DNA from: the human T2T-CHM13v2.0 reference genome, Homo sapiens
Length of the DNA: 64,000 nucleotides
Assembly: GCF_009914755.1 (NCBI RefSeq)
Contig: NC_060928.1
Reading direction: 5' to 3' (one strand)
Shown: positions 28,587 through 44,341 of the stretch, piece by piece
Position numbering within the stretch: the first letter of the stretch is position 1
Layout: every line of letters begins with the position of its first letter
Notes under the pieces: model-generated
The model's input: only the letters and a program-made list of their open reading frames with translations
The model's database searches: none
What the model was told of the DNA's origin: nothing
Translations under genes and position numbers: made by a program

Positions 28587-30666
28587 TTAATATCCTGTTG
28601 TTCCCCACTGTTCTTATCAATACACAGACACTTTTCCTTTCATTTTCCAAGTGTAAGCCTTTTCCTGTTGCTTTTTGCTGCTGGTTAGCAAGTCTAAATG
28701 CTGAGCATTTGTTCTGGCTGAAGCTGTGCTTGGTACATTGGCCCAGTTTCAAAGGTTTTTCTTATTGTATGTGGTGCAATTGGTTCTCTGGAATGTGTGC
28801 GTTAGAAGTTCAGTGACTGGGAGGGACTCTTCCTTTTGGAATGGTAAATCCTGTCCTGTGTTCCAAGCTGTTCTATAGAATGTACCTCATTCAGTTTGGT
28901 GTATGTTTGGGATTTTCTGGTGCTTAAATTAAGTAACAGTATATTCACTTAGTACATTTGATCTCTTATGGGCTGTAGAAGTTAGTTGTTTCTTAAAACC
29001 AAATTTGCTCCTGAATAATTTGAGAGAAGAGGTGCCTTTTAAAATCACCTTGGGGACGTTTCAGCAGTTTCTTCTTGAGGCAAGATGAATTTGGGAATAA
29101 TTTGTTTTTCTTGTTTTCTGTGTGGGACTTGAAAATTTGATGTTTTAATCAGTTTAGAGAATGTTCTTCATAACTGCCTGTTTTTTTTTAAATGTTATTA
29201 TTAAATGGTTAACTTCAAAATTTATTTAAAAAAACTATTGAGTCTCTGGATCTGTATGTAGAGTTAGATGTGCAAAATCTCACTCAACCAATATTCATAT
29301 GACCTGATGGGTTAGTGCTGGGTAAATAGGATCAAGCGGGAAGGGGTGACTGACCTGCAGCCACATGCATTCTTCCTTGGGATGGGTGCAGGGAGTCAGA
29401 TGATGACGGAACAGATGAGTGAGTAGGCAGGATCATTTTAGATGGGGATTGAAAGGTGAAGTGCTGGAGAGCACCTCTGGTGGCGGGGACTGGCTGAGGA
29501 GCCGATAGTTATAACCTGAGATATTAGTGGAGAGAGAGCGAGTCTTCCTCAGCTTTAGGCACAGAGCATGCAAACGGGGATTAGCGATGCACAGCTTGAC
29601 CTGCTCCAGGCATGAAAAGGCAGCCAGTCTGGCTAGTATTCCAGGGAGGATAGTGGGAGGAAGGATGCTAGATCTCGGAAGTGTGCTGGGAATGGGGCCT
29701 TGTTGGCCAGGCTTCTGGATTTTAACTTTGAATGCTATAGCAAACCTGTGGAGGGCTTTCAGCAGTGGAAGGACTGCTTAATTTGCCTTGCATTTAAAAT
29801 TCTCTCTCTGGATCCTGTATTTTCTTGTGTTGTTCCCCATGATGTATTTATAGCAGCATGGAGAGATTTGTTTATTGTCCAAGTTTTCATCCTAGAGGTA
29901 GCTTTCTAAAATTATTCTGAATCTGTTGATTTAAAACTAAATGTGTATTTTCTCTAAGTGTTACCCAAACGTAGTACCTTTTCTTTTACTGTAGAGCACT
30001 TGGGGTTTTATGACTAATTAATAAGTATGGTAAACTGAAGAATAAAACATGTAACATTAACTGATTAACACGTGGTGTTAGCTGAGGCAACTCTCTTGGT
30101 CCATCTAAGAAAGGGTGTTGTCAGCCTGCCTTCTAGGTTTGATTCATTTGATGGGTAAAAGAATTTGGTAAAATCAGTTTTAGGTATCAGACAATGAGTC
30201 ACATTTTGTCGTTAGATAATAAATAGACTGGCAGAATTCAGCAGAATTCTGAATCATTGGAAATTGAGTAATGCTTGAATATAATTATTTCAGTCAAAGA
30301 TATGTATTAAGCATCGCATTTATTAAGCGCTGTGCTGGGTAAGGAACCCTCGGAATAGTCTGTGCCCTTAAGGAGAAGCTCACAGTCTAATAAGGAAAAT
30401 CTGTAGGCACACATATATAAAGTCTATCTAGTTTGGGTAAATATAAACGTAGACAGCCTAGGTATCCCAGAAATGGAGGCAGGGATACTGAGGAAGACTT
30501 TTGAAAGGCAACAGTTAGAGACCAGGCAGGGAGAAGATCTGTGCTTCCCAGAGCCTCCCTGCTCCTTGTGCTTGAAGGGTAGAAAGTGAGGCAGAACGCA
30601 GGAAGGGTGCTCTTACCTGGGAGGGCTGAGGCTGGCAGAAGTACTGCTTGAAATACTCACCCAGGA

Positions 30667-30966
<300 letters not shown>

Positions 30967-32230
30967 TCAGGAGCTTTAGTCCTGTAGGCACCAGGGCTCC
31001 CAGAAAGGTTTTAGGTAGGTGAATAACAAGATCAGGTTTATGATTTTTAGAAAAATCAGTGACGCAGCTTTGTGGAGATGGACAACCCAGAAAGAGGAGC
31101 CTCTCGGGGCTACATTCCAAGTGAGAAGTGAAGTCCATTTTATTTGAATGTTGGATGCTTCATAGATTTAATACCCAAAACATTTTTTAAAAGTTGGGGA
31201 ATGAATTAAAGGAAGAAAGCATTAAGAAAAAGACTTTAAGCTTGCTTGTCTACATTCTTAGTTTGTAACTGTAGGATTTTTAATTTTTGTGGCTGTCATG
31301 AGAGACTTTCACCAGCCTCATTATTTTGCAGGTATGAGATGTGGTCCTTCAGGGTCAGTTGATAGTGTGACATGAGTGGCCTGGTAATGAGGCCAGCACT
31401 CTGGTTGATCCTAGTACAGACCAGAAGAGCAGGAGAAGAGCCAACACGTATCCACATTTCTGATTGGTGCCAAATGAGCAGTGCCAATGAGGCACTGTGC
31501 AGCTGTGCTCACCAGGGGCCTTTACAACTAAAGGGGAGACATAAATAACTAGTCAGGTGACAGACTTTATCTCAGGTTAAAAAAATTGGTTTATCTCTGT
31601 TGCCATTGTGGAGGGTAATTTCTGTATATCCCCTTGCTTGACTGCTGGTAAGCACTTGACATCAGTCTCAGGGACTGAATTTTCTGAAATTTGTCAGTAA
31701 CATCAATACGCTGACATTGCATATAACATAAAGACATGTTTTATTAACCCCTAGCTGTAGATTGCCAGACTTTTGAGGTGAGAAGTGATTTTTTTTCACT
31801 GGTGTGGTTTGTGTAATTGTTCTATATACGTGCTGGCCTTGCTCACTCAGTACTAGTTTTTTATTTTTAAAATATGTTTGGAAGATGAGAGGCTTGGTGT
31901 GCTGCACATGGGAATACATTAGCTCATCTGTCTCCTCTCCCTCTGTCATGCTACTTTTCTGTTGGAGCTATGTATGTCCAACCACACAGTTTTCCTTACT
32001 CCCTTAAAAACCAATTGATGAGGAAGACAAGTTCTTGTGTTTTTCTATCTGTAAGGTAAAAAATACCTCTCAAAATAGACTTATGAGATCTATTAAGAGA
32101 AACAAAATGGGTTATATTAACTACCCCAGTTAAGAAACATCAGCTACTGGTGTTTGAATGTTAGAACATATTCTCTAATATGGCAGCAAGTATCTGCTTT
32201 TTTTCTCTCTCTCCCCTCCCCCACCCCCCC

Positions 32231-32387
32231 TTTTTTTGAGACGGCTTCTTGCTCCATCGCTGAGGCTGGAGTGCAGGGTGTGACCTGGGCTCGCTGTAAC
32301 CTCTGCCTCTCAGGCTCAAGTGATCCTCCCATCTCAGCTTCCCAAGTAGTTGGGACTACAGGAGTGTGCCACCATGCCCAGCTAATT
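32231..32387 (-). mobile_element. Alu right-arm monomer
   Basis: TTTTTTTGAGACGG...GCCACCATGCCCAGCTAATTT. Confidence 0.85.
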
Positions 32388-32702
32388 TGAGATTCTGCTT
32401 TACGCAGATGGATCTAAAATTACTTGCTAACAGTCTAAGACTGAGTTCAGAACCCAAAATCAGTTTTCAGAGCTTCTAATGAGAGTTACTGCAAAAATGA
32501 TTAACACTCCAGTATTTCTTTATCCCCAGTCTGATGTTGCTATAGTATATGAGGCTCTTTTAGTTTTTAATCAGAACTTTTATACAAATAATAGATGCTT
32601 TCTCATTGTGAAAAGAATTTAAAAACAACGTTAACAAAATGCTCCCCAAACCACATCACCACTTAACATTCTGCACCCTAATCCCATGCTGCTTGGTGGT
32701 AG

Positions 32703-33000
<298 letters not shown>

Positions 33001-35281
33001 TGCTTGGTAGGTTTTTGTGAAATGTATCCTTTCAGACCTTTGCTACATATTAATAGGCATACAGAAGTACCTGGCAAGTTCATTTTGAAAGGTAAATTAA
33101 CATGTCTCTCCTTAGAATTGATGTGACTTTTTAGTCACGTTTGCCCAAGTGTAGAGTCGTTCTCAATTTAAAACTTGCAGGATGCATTTAAGATATGCAA
33201 AATATCTTACTGGCTCTGAGTCCTGGAGAGTGTTTATGATGGGTACCAAGAATGTAAATTTCACTGTCATGTATCACCCTCCTAGAGAATGGCAAGAAGT
33301 TATGTGGGCAGTGTTTTCAAGGTTGATTTAATTTTGCAAAATGGGGTCACATAAAACTTTAAAAATAAATACTATAATAAATTATAATAAGACTGAGCCT
33401 TCTGTGGCAAACAGAAGTGAGTAGCAGAGAGTGCTAATGCATTGAGATAATCCCCTGGGGGCTCTTCCAGGAAAACAACTGACATCGTGCTGTTTTGTCA
33501 TTGTAGTTGGCTGATATTTTTAATATGAAATCAGATTGTAAGACTTTGTTTTAGGATTAAGTCTCTGATTACTTTCTTTATAAATTTTAAGAATGTTATT
33601 CATGTTAGTTATTGAGAGTGAAAACCCTGGGACGATTTAGCTGAGTGATTTTTATTATGAGAAAGTCTCTTACAAATTCTTTCACATGGATGGAGAGACG
33701 AAAAAAATCTCCCTTCTTTGAAGCAACATTTTATCCTGCCTTCAGACATGGAGTCACTTTGATTTCTCATGTTTAAATTGTATTTGGAAGTCAAACTAGT
33801 ATTGTGCTTGGAGGTATGTTGATGCTTTTTCATAAAGCCAATGTGTGAAAAATGTTTCCCGCATGTTAGATGGTAGGAATAGGGGAATGTGGAAACAAAA
33901 GGCCAAAAGATGGACTTAGAAAGTTGAGATGTGGCTTTTAAAATGAAAAAGTCACTTACATGGTGTGGAAGAACCCTAGCATCCTGTCTTTTTGCCTCCC
34001 TGTTTGTGACAGATCTCTATCTCACCATCCTCTAAGCTGAGATTGCCGAACTTTTGTGTTTATTTGTTGCTCTATCCTTTGTACATTCAAATCAGAATGG
34101 CATAGTGCTTCTAAACAGTAATAAGACTTAATCCTTTCCAGAGTTAATGTACACTGTTGATTTTAGGATTTTCCCTTTCCTTCCTGCCAGATGTCTCCAT
34201 CCTTATGAAGATAAATATATAGGAGAAATCACACTCTGTCATCCAAGAGAGAGTTAAAAATTTAAACTCGAATTCTAGAGAGTTGGTGACATGTATCAGA
34301 GGAAGGCCTATGTGAAGTGACCAGTCAAGGGTGATAAATGGGTAGTCAGCTGTGCACAGCCAGCCCTGTGGGCCGTGAGTTGCCATGGAAGCACCGAATG
34401 GCATTCAGCAATCCCGCATGACTAACCTAGTTTAGCAGCAGGGCCCATGGGCTCCAGCCTGGGAGAAGGTGCTTACAGCCAGATGATACCAGAGCCAACA
34501 CACTGCCCCACGTCTCATGCCCAACTTGGGCCTTTCTGTTACTATCTTTTCCTCATCCACATATGCTATTTCCTTTTTTAGTGTGAAGGAAAGAGAAAAA
34601 GGAATCACTCTCACTAATCCTTACAGAGTTGTGATTTCTTACATTTTACCACAATATTTTAAACACATCTATCCCTACCCCCAAGAAGCATTTGAAAAGT
34701 CAGTAAATGTGCCCTGACAGGCCCCAGCATGGGGTTGACTAAATGACTGTATTGAGGGGCTGAACAGGCAGCTCTGAATTCCTCAGGATTTTCACCACCT
34801 TTCTGAAAGTGAGAGCATTCTGGCACGTTTTAGCTTTCCAAAGCTTCATTCAAGCTCTTGTGCTGAGTTAGTGGATTCGGTCAGTGAAACGTCTGTGGCA
34901 CAGTCCCCCTTTCATGGCTTGAGTGTTTATGTTCTGCAGGTGAGTTTTCACATGTGACTGATCTCACCAGGCACTGGACACTGAAGCCTGTGGTTCTCCC
35001 CATTTCTAGTTCACTTAACTAAAATACAAATGTGGAGGAGGTGGCTTGATGAATTCTGTAGAGATCTTTTGATACATCAGGTTGAACCTCAGAGATGGTG
35101 GACAGTAGTATATGATCTGAAGGCAAGAACTTGGCTACTGAAAGGAGAATTATTTCCCTATTTAAATAGATTTTTGCAGACTTCCAGTAGAACTCATGGT
35201 GTCTGTGGAGTGGTCAGACTTTGCATCCTCCTTCCCAGGGGCACATCAGAGGCTCTGAAACAAGAATTGTAACACAGTTTT

Positions 35282-35581
35282 TATATTTATTTATTTATTT
35301 ATTTTTGAGATGGAGTCTCGCTCTGTAGCCCAGGTTGAAGTGCAGTGGCGCGATCTCGGCTCACTGCAGCCGAGATCTAGCGATTCTCCTGCCTCAGCCT
35401 CCCAAGTAGCTGGGATTACAAGCACGTGCCACTACGCCCGGTTAATTTTTGTATTTTTAGTAGAGACAGGGTTTCGCCATGTGGGCCAGGCTGGTCTCAA
35501 ACCCCTGACGACCTCAGGTGATCCTCCCACCTCGGCCTCCCAAAGTGCTGGGATTACAGATGTGAGCCACTGTGACCGGCC
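35282..35581 (-). mobile_element. Alu (AluSx-like)
   Basis: Antisense Alu, (TTTA)n tail, TSD CACAGTTTTTATA. Confidence 0.9.
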
Positions 35582-35952
35582 CACAGTTTTTATAACTGAA
35601 AGAGCAGCTTCATGCCATTGGCCATCCTTCTCTCAAAGGGGTCCTCTGTTAGGTCGTTCCTCAAGGACAGGCCTGTGTGGATCAGTTTAACCAAACATCA
35701 ATTTTGTGGCTCTGAGATGACCCTGCTGGCGGAGATGATACTAAATTGTTGATGTGTACCTTTTTGAGACTAAAGAAATATGAGTGGTTATAAGTTAGCA
35801 CACTTTAGCACACCTTCTTTGTCTTCACTGCTTTATTTAACGCAGCCTGACAGCTTTGCTAGCAGAACTGTGGCTGAGAGTATAAGCTTTCTTGCCAGGC
35901 ATTGGTGAATGTTCAGGTCTACCATTTGTGAGCAAGTCAATCCCCTCACCCT

Positions 35953-36578
<626 letters not shown>

Positions 36579-37121
36579 TGAGCTAGCTTTCGTTCAGTTG
36601 GAAAATGGGGTTAATAATCCCACTCTCACAGGGTTGTTGTGAAAATTAAATAGAAAACTGATGTGATAGTGCCAAAATCAGTGTTGACTAACATGTTAAG
36701 TGATGTCATTCCTTGGCCAGGCTGCTGCTGCTGTTATCATTGCTTTTGTATTTTGGTAAGCCCCAAAAAGGATGTGCTGTCTTTTACCCCTGGAGATCCC
36801 TTGGAAACTTGTTCAACATACAAGCCTTGGGGCCCATGTCAGGCCTACTGCCTTAGAAACTCTGTAGGTCTCTGTGATCTGTGTTTTGACAAACCCTCCA
36901 GCTAACTGACTCAGGTTTGAGAACCTCTTAGCTAATGCAAAGTACCATCTAAAATCAGCTAAGGAGAACTTGTAACTCACTATATTCTATTCGGAACAGT
37001 GGGAAAGAATGGCCAGGCTGATGTTGGGATACATTTTTCCTTAACACAGGACTGGAAAAAAAAAAAGACACCTTTATTAAAGTGACAGTTAACTTATAGT
37101 TATTGAAAGGTGATTATTGAC

Positions 37122-37471
<350 letters not shown>

Positions 37472-39137
37472 TCATTAAAAAATTTTCCCATCTGCCCCTT
37501 CCTTGCTTACACCTTGGTTTAAACAGTGATGTGTATAGGCTCAACAAAGGTTTACTCATGGTATGAATAGTGGGTTTATTTTTAAAATTTCATATTCCTT
37601 TATCTCAAAATGGAACCAAGAAAAAGAAAATATTCACAAAAGATTTGCCTGGGAGCTTTTAACAGATCATTCCCTAAGCCATTGCAAATTTGCAGCAAGA
37701 AACCAGAAAGCTATTTAATGTGACTGGCAAAACAATTTAGTTGCAAGGAGAAAGGAGGCAACCCAGAGCAGGGGCTCAAAGCCTACCTCTACTCTGTGAA
37801 CTTCCTGCCTCTTCGGTCTTCCTCTGCCCTGCCCAGGAGCTTTTGTGAGTTCCACCCAAGAGGGAGTTGGTGGACAGTGTGGGGAGAGCAAGTGTCTTTC
37901 ACAAAGCCTGGACCTCATAAAACTCATCCTACCAGTGATATCCATGATGTCTTTTTTCACCTCACTACTTATAGGGCTTTTAGTTGAAGGGTGATGGTGA
38001 ATCATAAAAAGAAAATTTGTCTCGAAATAGGTGTAGAATTACATGTCTGCCGATAAAATCTTAACGTGGGTTTAAAAAAATTTTTTTGACACTAATGAAG
38101 TAAAACCTTAATTAACTAGAATCCTTAATTTAATAGGATTTCCTCCCTGTGGGAGAATTCTTGATTTTAGAATCACATAGTAATAAACCAGTGTTAGGAA
38201 TTCTGTGAAAGAATGGCTTAATTGTGTTCTTCTGGTTATTTCTGTGGCAATTTTCAGTATTTTGGAATGAAAATCTGGAAGTATGGGAGAAACCCAACTG
38301 ATGCTGAAATAAGGCTAATACAAGGCTGAGTTGATTGATTTAAAAATATTTTAGTAATGTAACTTCGTTAAAGGAAAATTGAGTGTGTGGAATTGATGAG
38401 AAAATTGAGGACTCTGAGCAGCCTGTTAGTTGAGGTGTAACTGTTCACACCCTCCCTTTTGGATCCTGGACTGAGAATTGCCATTTGGAGTTCCCTTCTC
38501 TGAGACAAAGGTAGCATTTATTTAGAAGGGGCGGAGCTCTGCCCTGTGAAGCGGAGCCTAAGGCTGTGAACACTGACTGGCTATAGGGGCTCTGCTGTTG
38601 TAAGTGGCATATCAGAGAGGGGAGAACTCCCTTGGTGGTGAGAATAGCCAAGCAGACAAGCACATGCCCATGGTAAGCTTTCCCCACCCGCTCACCCATA
38701 GGCCTGTCTTGACTGCTGCAAGGTGCATGCACTGGATAGTTTGGGAGAATAGAAGCTTAGATGCTCAGAGGATGGTTGCCTGCTTAGCTCCTCCCTGCAA
38801 AAACTGGCTCAAAGTGGCTATAAAACAAGTTTGAAGGAAAAAGTGATTTCCTAATCAGCCTGCTTACTTGGCTTCTATGGTTATATGCTAATGGCATATG
38901 ATCTTTTGAACCAACAAGAGGAATTACCAAAATGATAAAATAATTGAAGGAATTGAGTGTCATCAAGTCCAGTGTGCTACTGCCAACTGGAAGTAAGTTT
39001 AACTGAAACAGGTGAGACTCAGACTTCATTACAGAAGATTACACGACCAGTTTCTGGTTCAGCAGCTTCTTCTTTTCAGTATTTTGACTGGCATAAATTA
39101 TTAACTTTGTGGTTTTAAGAGTTCTTTTAAAATCTGA

Positions 39138-39502
<365 letters not shown>

Positions 39503-41552
39503 TAAGGAGATAATTATTTACCACATTGTAGTGAATTCAGTCAGGCAGCTAATTTCTCTCCATACATCCTACTCCCATAGATTAAAAGGCTATAGAAATA
39601 CTAGATTACTTTTTAGATGATTTTTAAAAATAATTTTTGCATGTGTCTTCCAGAGTTAAATCTTTTTTAAATAGTTGTAAGTTTGTAAAAATACGTAAGT
39701 GTAGTGGCTGTTTTTTAATCTAAAAGTATTTAATGATTAGCTTCTATGCAGAGTACCATGCTTTAGCACCAAGAGAGGTGCTAAATTTGCGAGGTTCGTT
39801 TCTGATGGAGTTCACATGCTAGGGGAGAAGGGAGGAGGAGAGAGAACTAATTGATGTGTTAGGTAAGCACATACTTGGTGGATTTGAGGAAGCCTTTAGA
39901 GTGAGTGACATTTGAATCATTCCAGAGATTTGCCAGAAGCTGAAAATTAAGGATGGGGGTGTGTGGTGGAGAGAGAAGCAGTGGAAATTTGTGGCTGGAA
40001 TGAAAGCATCAAAGTCTAGGATATCACTGAGGAATGGGGAGTAGTCAGGTGTGACTGGAATGTAGAGGTAGTTTGTAAGAGAGTCATACTTCCTAGGGAA
40101 GCTGGCTCTGGAAGAATTGGTTATCTTTCAGTAAAGAGAGCCTGGTGGAAATTAGAGCAAGAGGCTGCCTTACAGGATATGCTCAGGGGATGGACGTGAC
40201 TGACTGACTGTCAAGTAGAATGCATGTGACAGGCCTGCAAGGGGACAGTAGATAATTTCTAGAGAGTAGATCTGCGTCAGATTATGGGGGAATTTTAATG
40301 CCAAAGCAAGAATTTAGAGTTTATTCTGCAGTAGTAAAGAGCCATCAAATGCTTGTTATTTTAAAATATGGATTGTGACATGAGAACCAGGGCCTTAAAT
40401 CAGGTTTCTTTTCATGAGAAGGCTGAATTAAAGGGATAAGATGTGGGGGAGGCAGGGAGACCAGTAGGCTTTTGTCAAAGGAAATAAGAGAAGTCAGAAG
40501 AGGGCAAAGAGGCCAGGAAAGGGGGTGGGGAAGGGCGTCTGACATCAGGGCTAGAATTTCCGAAGGTACTGACCGACAGCCTTAACTAGACAATCAAATA
40601 TTTTCCTGTTTGTTCAAACGGCATTGGGAGAAAACATTCAGTAGATTCCCTAGGAGCAAGTCTGTGAAGACAGAAGTCATTTTATAGTTCTTATTTCACT
40701 TTTTAATCATACATTGCGTGTGAGGGCTGGGAAGTGACCCTTGGTGCTGACAATGAGGCAGGTCCACTTTTGGTTTATGTGTTGGTTAAAACTGCACTAC
40801 TTTTGGTCTCCATCTCTGATTTGTTTCTCGGTGAATGCCGTTTAACCCCTTTAGTGCCAGGGCTGATGATTTAGGATACATTTTTATGTGTTTTAAGTAG
40901 GGCAGTCAGATTATAAAGCGTTCTCCGTCGGTAGAGCTGACATCTATAATTGGATTTTCTCATCCTTGACGTTTGAAATGAGAAATAAAAATCATTTTTT
41001 GTGGGGTTTACATGCCAAGACACTCCCAGTAGAGTAGGCTGAGAAAGTAAATGCTGTTTTGGGTGCCTGGTAATCTTTTAATTATGAAATAAGCCTTTTG
41101 ATTTTAATCTTTCAAAATGTACGCTACTGATCCAGGAAAACGGCCTTTCTAAAGTCCACATCCTGCTGACTCCTGCAGATGAAAAGCTTCCACCTCTACC
41201 CCATATTTTGCAAGCTGAAAATAAAAATATCATTAATCTTGTCTCAGTTCCACTGCTGCCTATAAAAGGCTGTTCAGTTTGGAACCAGTCCTGAGCCATG
41301 ATGGAGACCATGGCCCAGAGTGAATGCTTGGGTTTTGGGAGCCAGGACCCCAGGCTGGAGGGTCACAGCCAAGTGACTGAGGCCTCACCCTAAGGCTGGG
41401 TTAAGGAACTTAGGCTTTCTTTAAATCACAGCCGTCATCACTGCTTCTTCCCAGACCTGTCCTCACCTCCCTTCTCACATGTAAGTATGCCTGACAAAAC
41501 TTGGAGACTGATAAATTTTATTGTTTTCATTCTTTTGTGGCATCTGAAACAG

Positions 41553-41673
41553 TTTGTACAATGACGACAGAAACCTGCTTCGAATTAGAGAGAAGGAAAG
41601 ACGCAACCAGGAAGCCCACCAAGAGAAAGAGGCATTTCCTGAAAAGATTCCCCTTTTTGGAGAGCCCTACAAG
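41553..41673 (+). CDS. AFF1: AFF1 coding exon 2 (121 nt; SLYNDDRNLLRIREKERRNQEAHQEKEAFPEKIPLFGEPYK)
   Basis: Acceptor aaacAG| and donor AAG|GTATTT; 17+121=138 nt, i.e. 46 codons; conserved AF4/FMR2 N-terminal homology sequence. Confidence 0.96.
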
Positions 41674-42081
41674 GTATTTACTGAACACTAGACATTGAAG
41701 TCCTGATTTATCACAATGTTGAACCCTATGATGAAACAATTCAGTATAATTGAGTTCGAACAAGGGTCACAGCTGTGAAAATAAGATAACTTATTCTAAC
41801 TTATTCTAGAGATTTTTGAAAACAAAGTATGAAAATTCTCTGAAGGTTGTTAGAATTACCAAAGTTTGTGGTTTTCTTTTGTAATGCTAGTCTTCTACAG
41901 TTAGTAATATGTATCCATGGTAGTCTTCTCAACAGGGGAATTGAGTTAAAATGGCACATTAAATTCTACATGTCGTACATTAAGTTCGGAGTTTTTTCCT
42001 TAATAGTATTATATAACGTGGTTTGTTAAATGGTAGTTTTCCTTAGTTTTTTTTCATTCTCAAATTCTCCTTTTTTTTCAG

Positions 42082-42981
42082 ACAGCAAAAGGTGATGAGC
42101 TGTCTAGTCGAATACAGAACATGTTGGGAAACTACGAAGAAGTGAAGGAGTTCCTTAGTACTAAGTCTCACACTCATCGCCTGGATGCTTCTGAAAATAG
42201 GTTGGGAAAGCCGAAATATCCTTTAATTCCTGACAAAGGGAGCAGCATTCCATCCAGCTCCTTCCACACTAGTGTCCACCACCAGTCCATTCACACTCCT
42301 GCGTCTGGACCACTTTCTGTTGGCAACATTAGCCACAATCCAAAGATGGCGCAGCCAAGAACTGAACCAATGCCAAGTCTCCATGCCAAAAGCTGCGGCC
42401 CACCGGACAGCCAGCACCTGACCCAGGATCGCCTTGGTCAGGAGGGGTTCGGCTCTAGTCATCACAAGAAAGGTGACCGAAGAGCTGACGGAGACCACTG
42501 TGCTTCGGTGACAGATTCGGCTCCAGAGAGGGAGCTTTCTCCCTTAATCTCTTTGCCTTCCCCAGTTCCCCCTTTGTCACCTATACATTCCAACCAGCAA
42601 ACTCTTCCCCGGACGCAAGGAAGCAGCAAGGTTCATGGCAGCAGCAATAACAGTAAAGGCTATTGCCCAGCCAAATCTCCCAAGGACCTAGCAGTGAAAG
42701 TCCATGATAAAGAGACCCCTCAAGACAGTTTGGTGGCCCCTGCCCAGCCGCCTTCTCAGACATTTCCACCTCCCTCCCTCCCCTCAAAAAGTGTTGCAAT
42801 GCAGCAGAAGCCCACGGCTTATGTCCGGCCCATGGATGGTCAAGATCAGGCCCCTAGTGAATCCCCTGAACTGAAACCACTGCCGGAGGACTATCGACAG
42901 CAGACCTTTGAAAAAACAGACTTGAAAGTGCCTGCCAAAGCCAAGCTCACCAAACTGAAGATGCCTTCTCAGTCAGTTGAG
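42082..42981 (+). CDS. AFF1: AFF1 coding exon 3 (900 nt, phase 0-0); cyclin T1-binding segment and SIAH degron PTAYVRP (42811-42831)
   Basis: Acceptor ttttttttcAG|ACA GCA AAA GGT and donor GAG|GTGTGT; matches ORF 42121..43074 up to QSVE; [14 protein letters not shown] and [15 protein letters not shown] are AF4/FMR2 family motifs. Confidence 0.97.
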
Positions 42982-44341
42982 GTGTGTGGAATTTCTTATC
43001 TTGGGGAATTCCAATTCGAAGACGGATTTGAGTTGAAAATGTCCGGAGGATGTGGGGCAAGGTGGGGAGGTTAGTCCATGGCTTTTGGGTAGGGGGAATT
43101 CTTTTTGGCTTTAGGATCTTGTTAATAACCCGCGAAAAACTCAGATCTGAGATGGACGACTGATTATAGATATTGAAATGCAGTTTGCAGAAAGGTTTAG
43201 AGAACCTTTTTATTGAGCCAAAATTTATATACAGTAAAACATAGAGATCATAAGAGTACAGTTTGTGTTTCAAAAAATAGATACACCTATAGGATCCAAA
43301 ACCCAATCAAGAGAGAGAAGATTTCGGTTACCAGAAAGTTTCAGGAAGGTTTTCAGGTGTCTTATTTATTGTTTTGGGAGACACTGGGGTAACAATGTGA
43401 ACACGAAAAAATTTTTTTTGATTAATACCTCCTCAGACCCAGTTAATTTTTCCTGGGCTCTAAACCGTAAAAAAGTAAAAACAAGATGACAGAGTCTCTT
43501 AATTTTTATTATTTTAGAAGGACTTGTTCCCTGTAAATTGTAAGGAACTTTATAACTAAAGTTCTGTTCTAATATTTTATTATTTATCACCTAAAAAAGA
43601 AGAGTGGGTATACGGTGACATTTCACTTGAGAGTGAGTCACAAATATAATACAGAATGTTATTCAATTATGGGTTTTAAAAGTAACCCAAATGCTGTACT
43701 TTTTAAAACCAAGAAAAAAAATATTTCTTTTTCTACTGCATGGATAAACAGCAGCATTGTGTTTGAATGAGGAGAATTAGAGCATACATTCTGTCACTGA
43801 AATTTTAAAGTGGTACCAATTTCTCCAAAATTAAGATTAGTAGTGTGAAGTGAAATGTTTGAAGGGAATTTTAAAACTTATCTTTTAATGTAAAGTCTAT
43901 GGTTTAGTTACATCTATTGTATAAACATTCTAATTTGCATCTCCATTGCTCAAAGACATTTATGCCATCCAGATATGTTTTACATAATGCCAGAAGGTGA
44001 AATTCCTCAGGTGGGGGCGTGATTCCTACCTGGAAAGATAACCTTTATCTTCCAGGAGGACAACTTGTAACTTTCTGGTGTCAGCTTCTGGTTTAGAAGA
44101 GGGAGGTTGGGGTGCCGTCCTCACTGAGCTCTTGAGCTGAGTACTTCCAGATGTCTTCTGAATACCACTTGTTTGGGGACCAAGGAAAAATAAGAAAGAA
44201 GGAGTAAAACCAATGGCAGAAATGACCAAGATGGCAGAACTGCATCTCTGATCCTAACTTAAGAAGATTTAATGCACTGAGCCATTTATTGAACATTTTG
44301 TGCTGTGATGGAGGTAGGGGTAGGCAGCTGAATGAAGGCAA

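Noticed and set aside
41553-42981. 1017 nt circle (using the +4 acceptor) as an infinite ORF
   Set aside because: The length is divisible by 3, but the frame still meets TGA right after the back-splice (TTT GTA CAA TGA).
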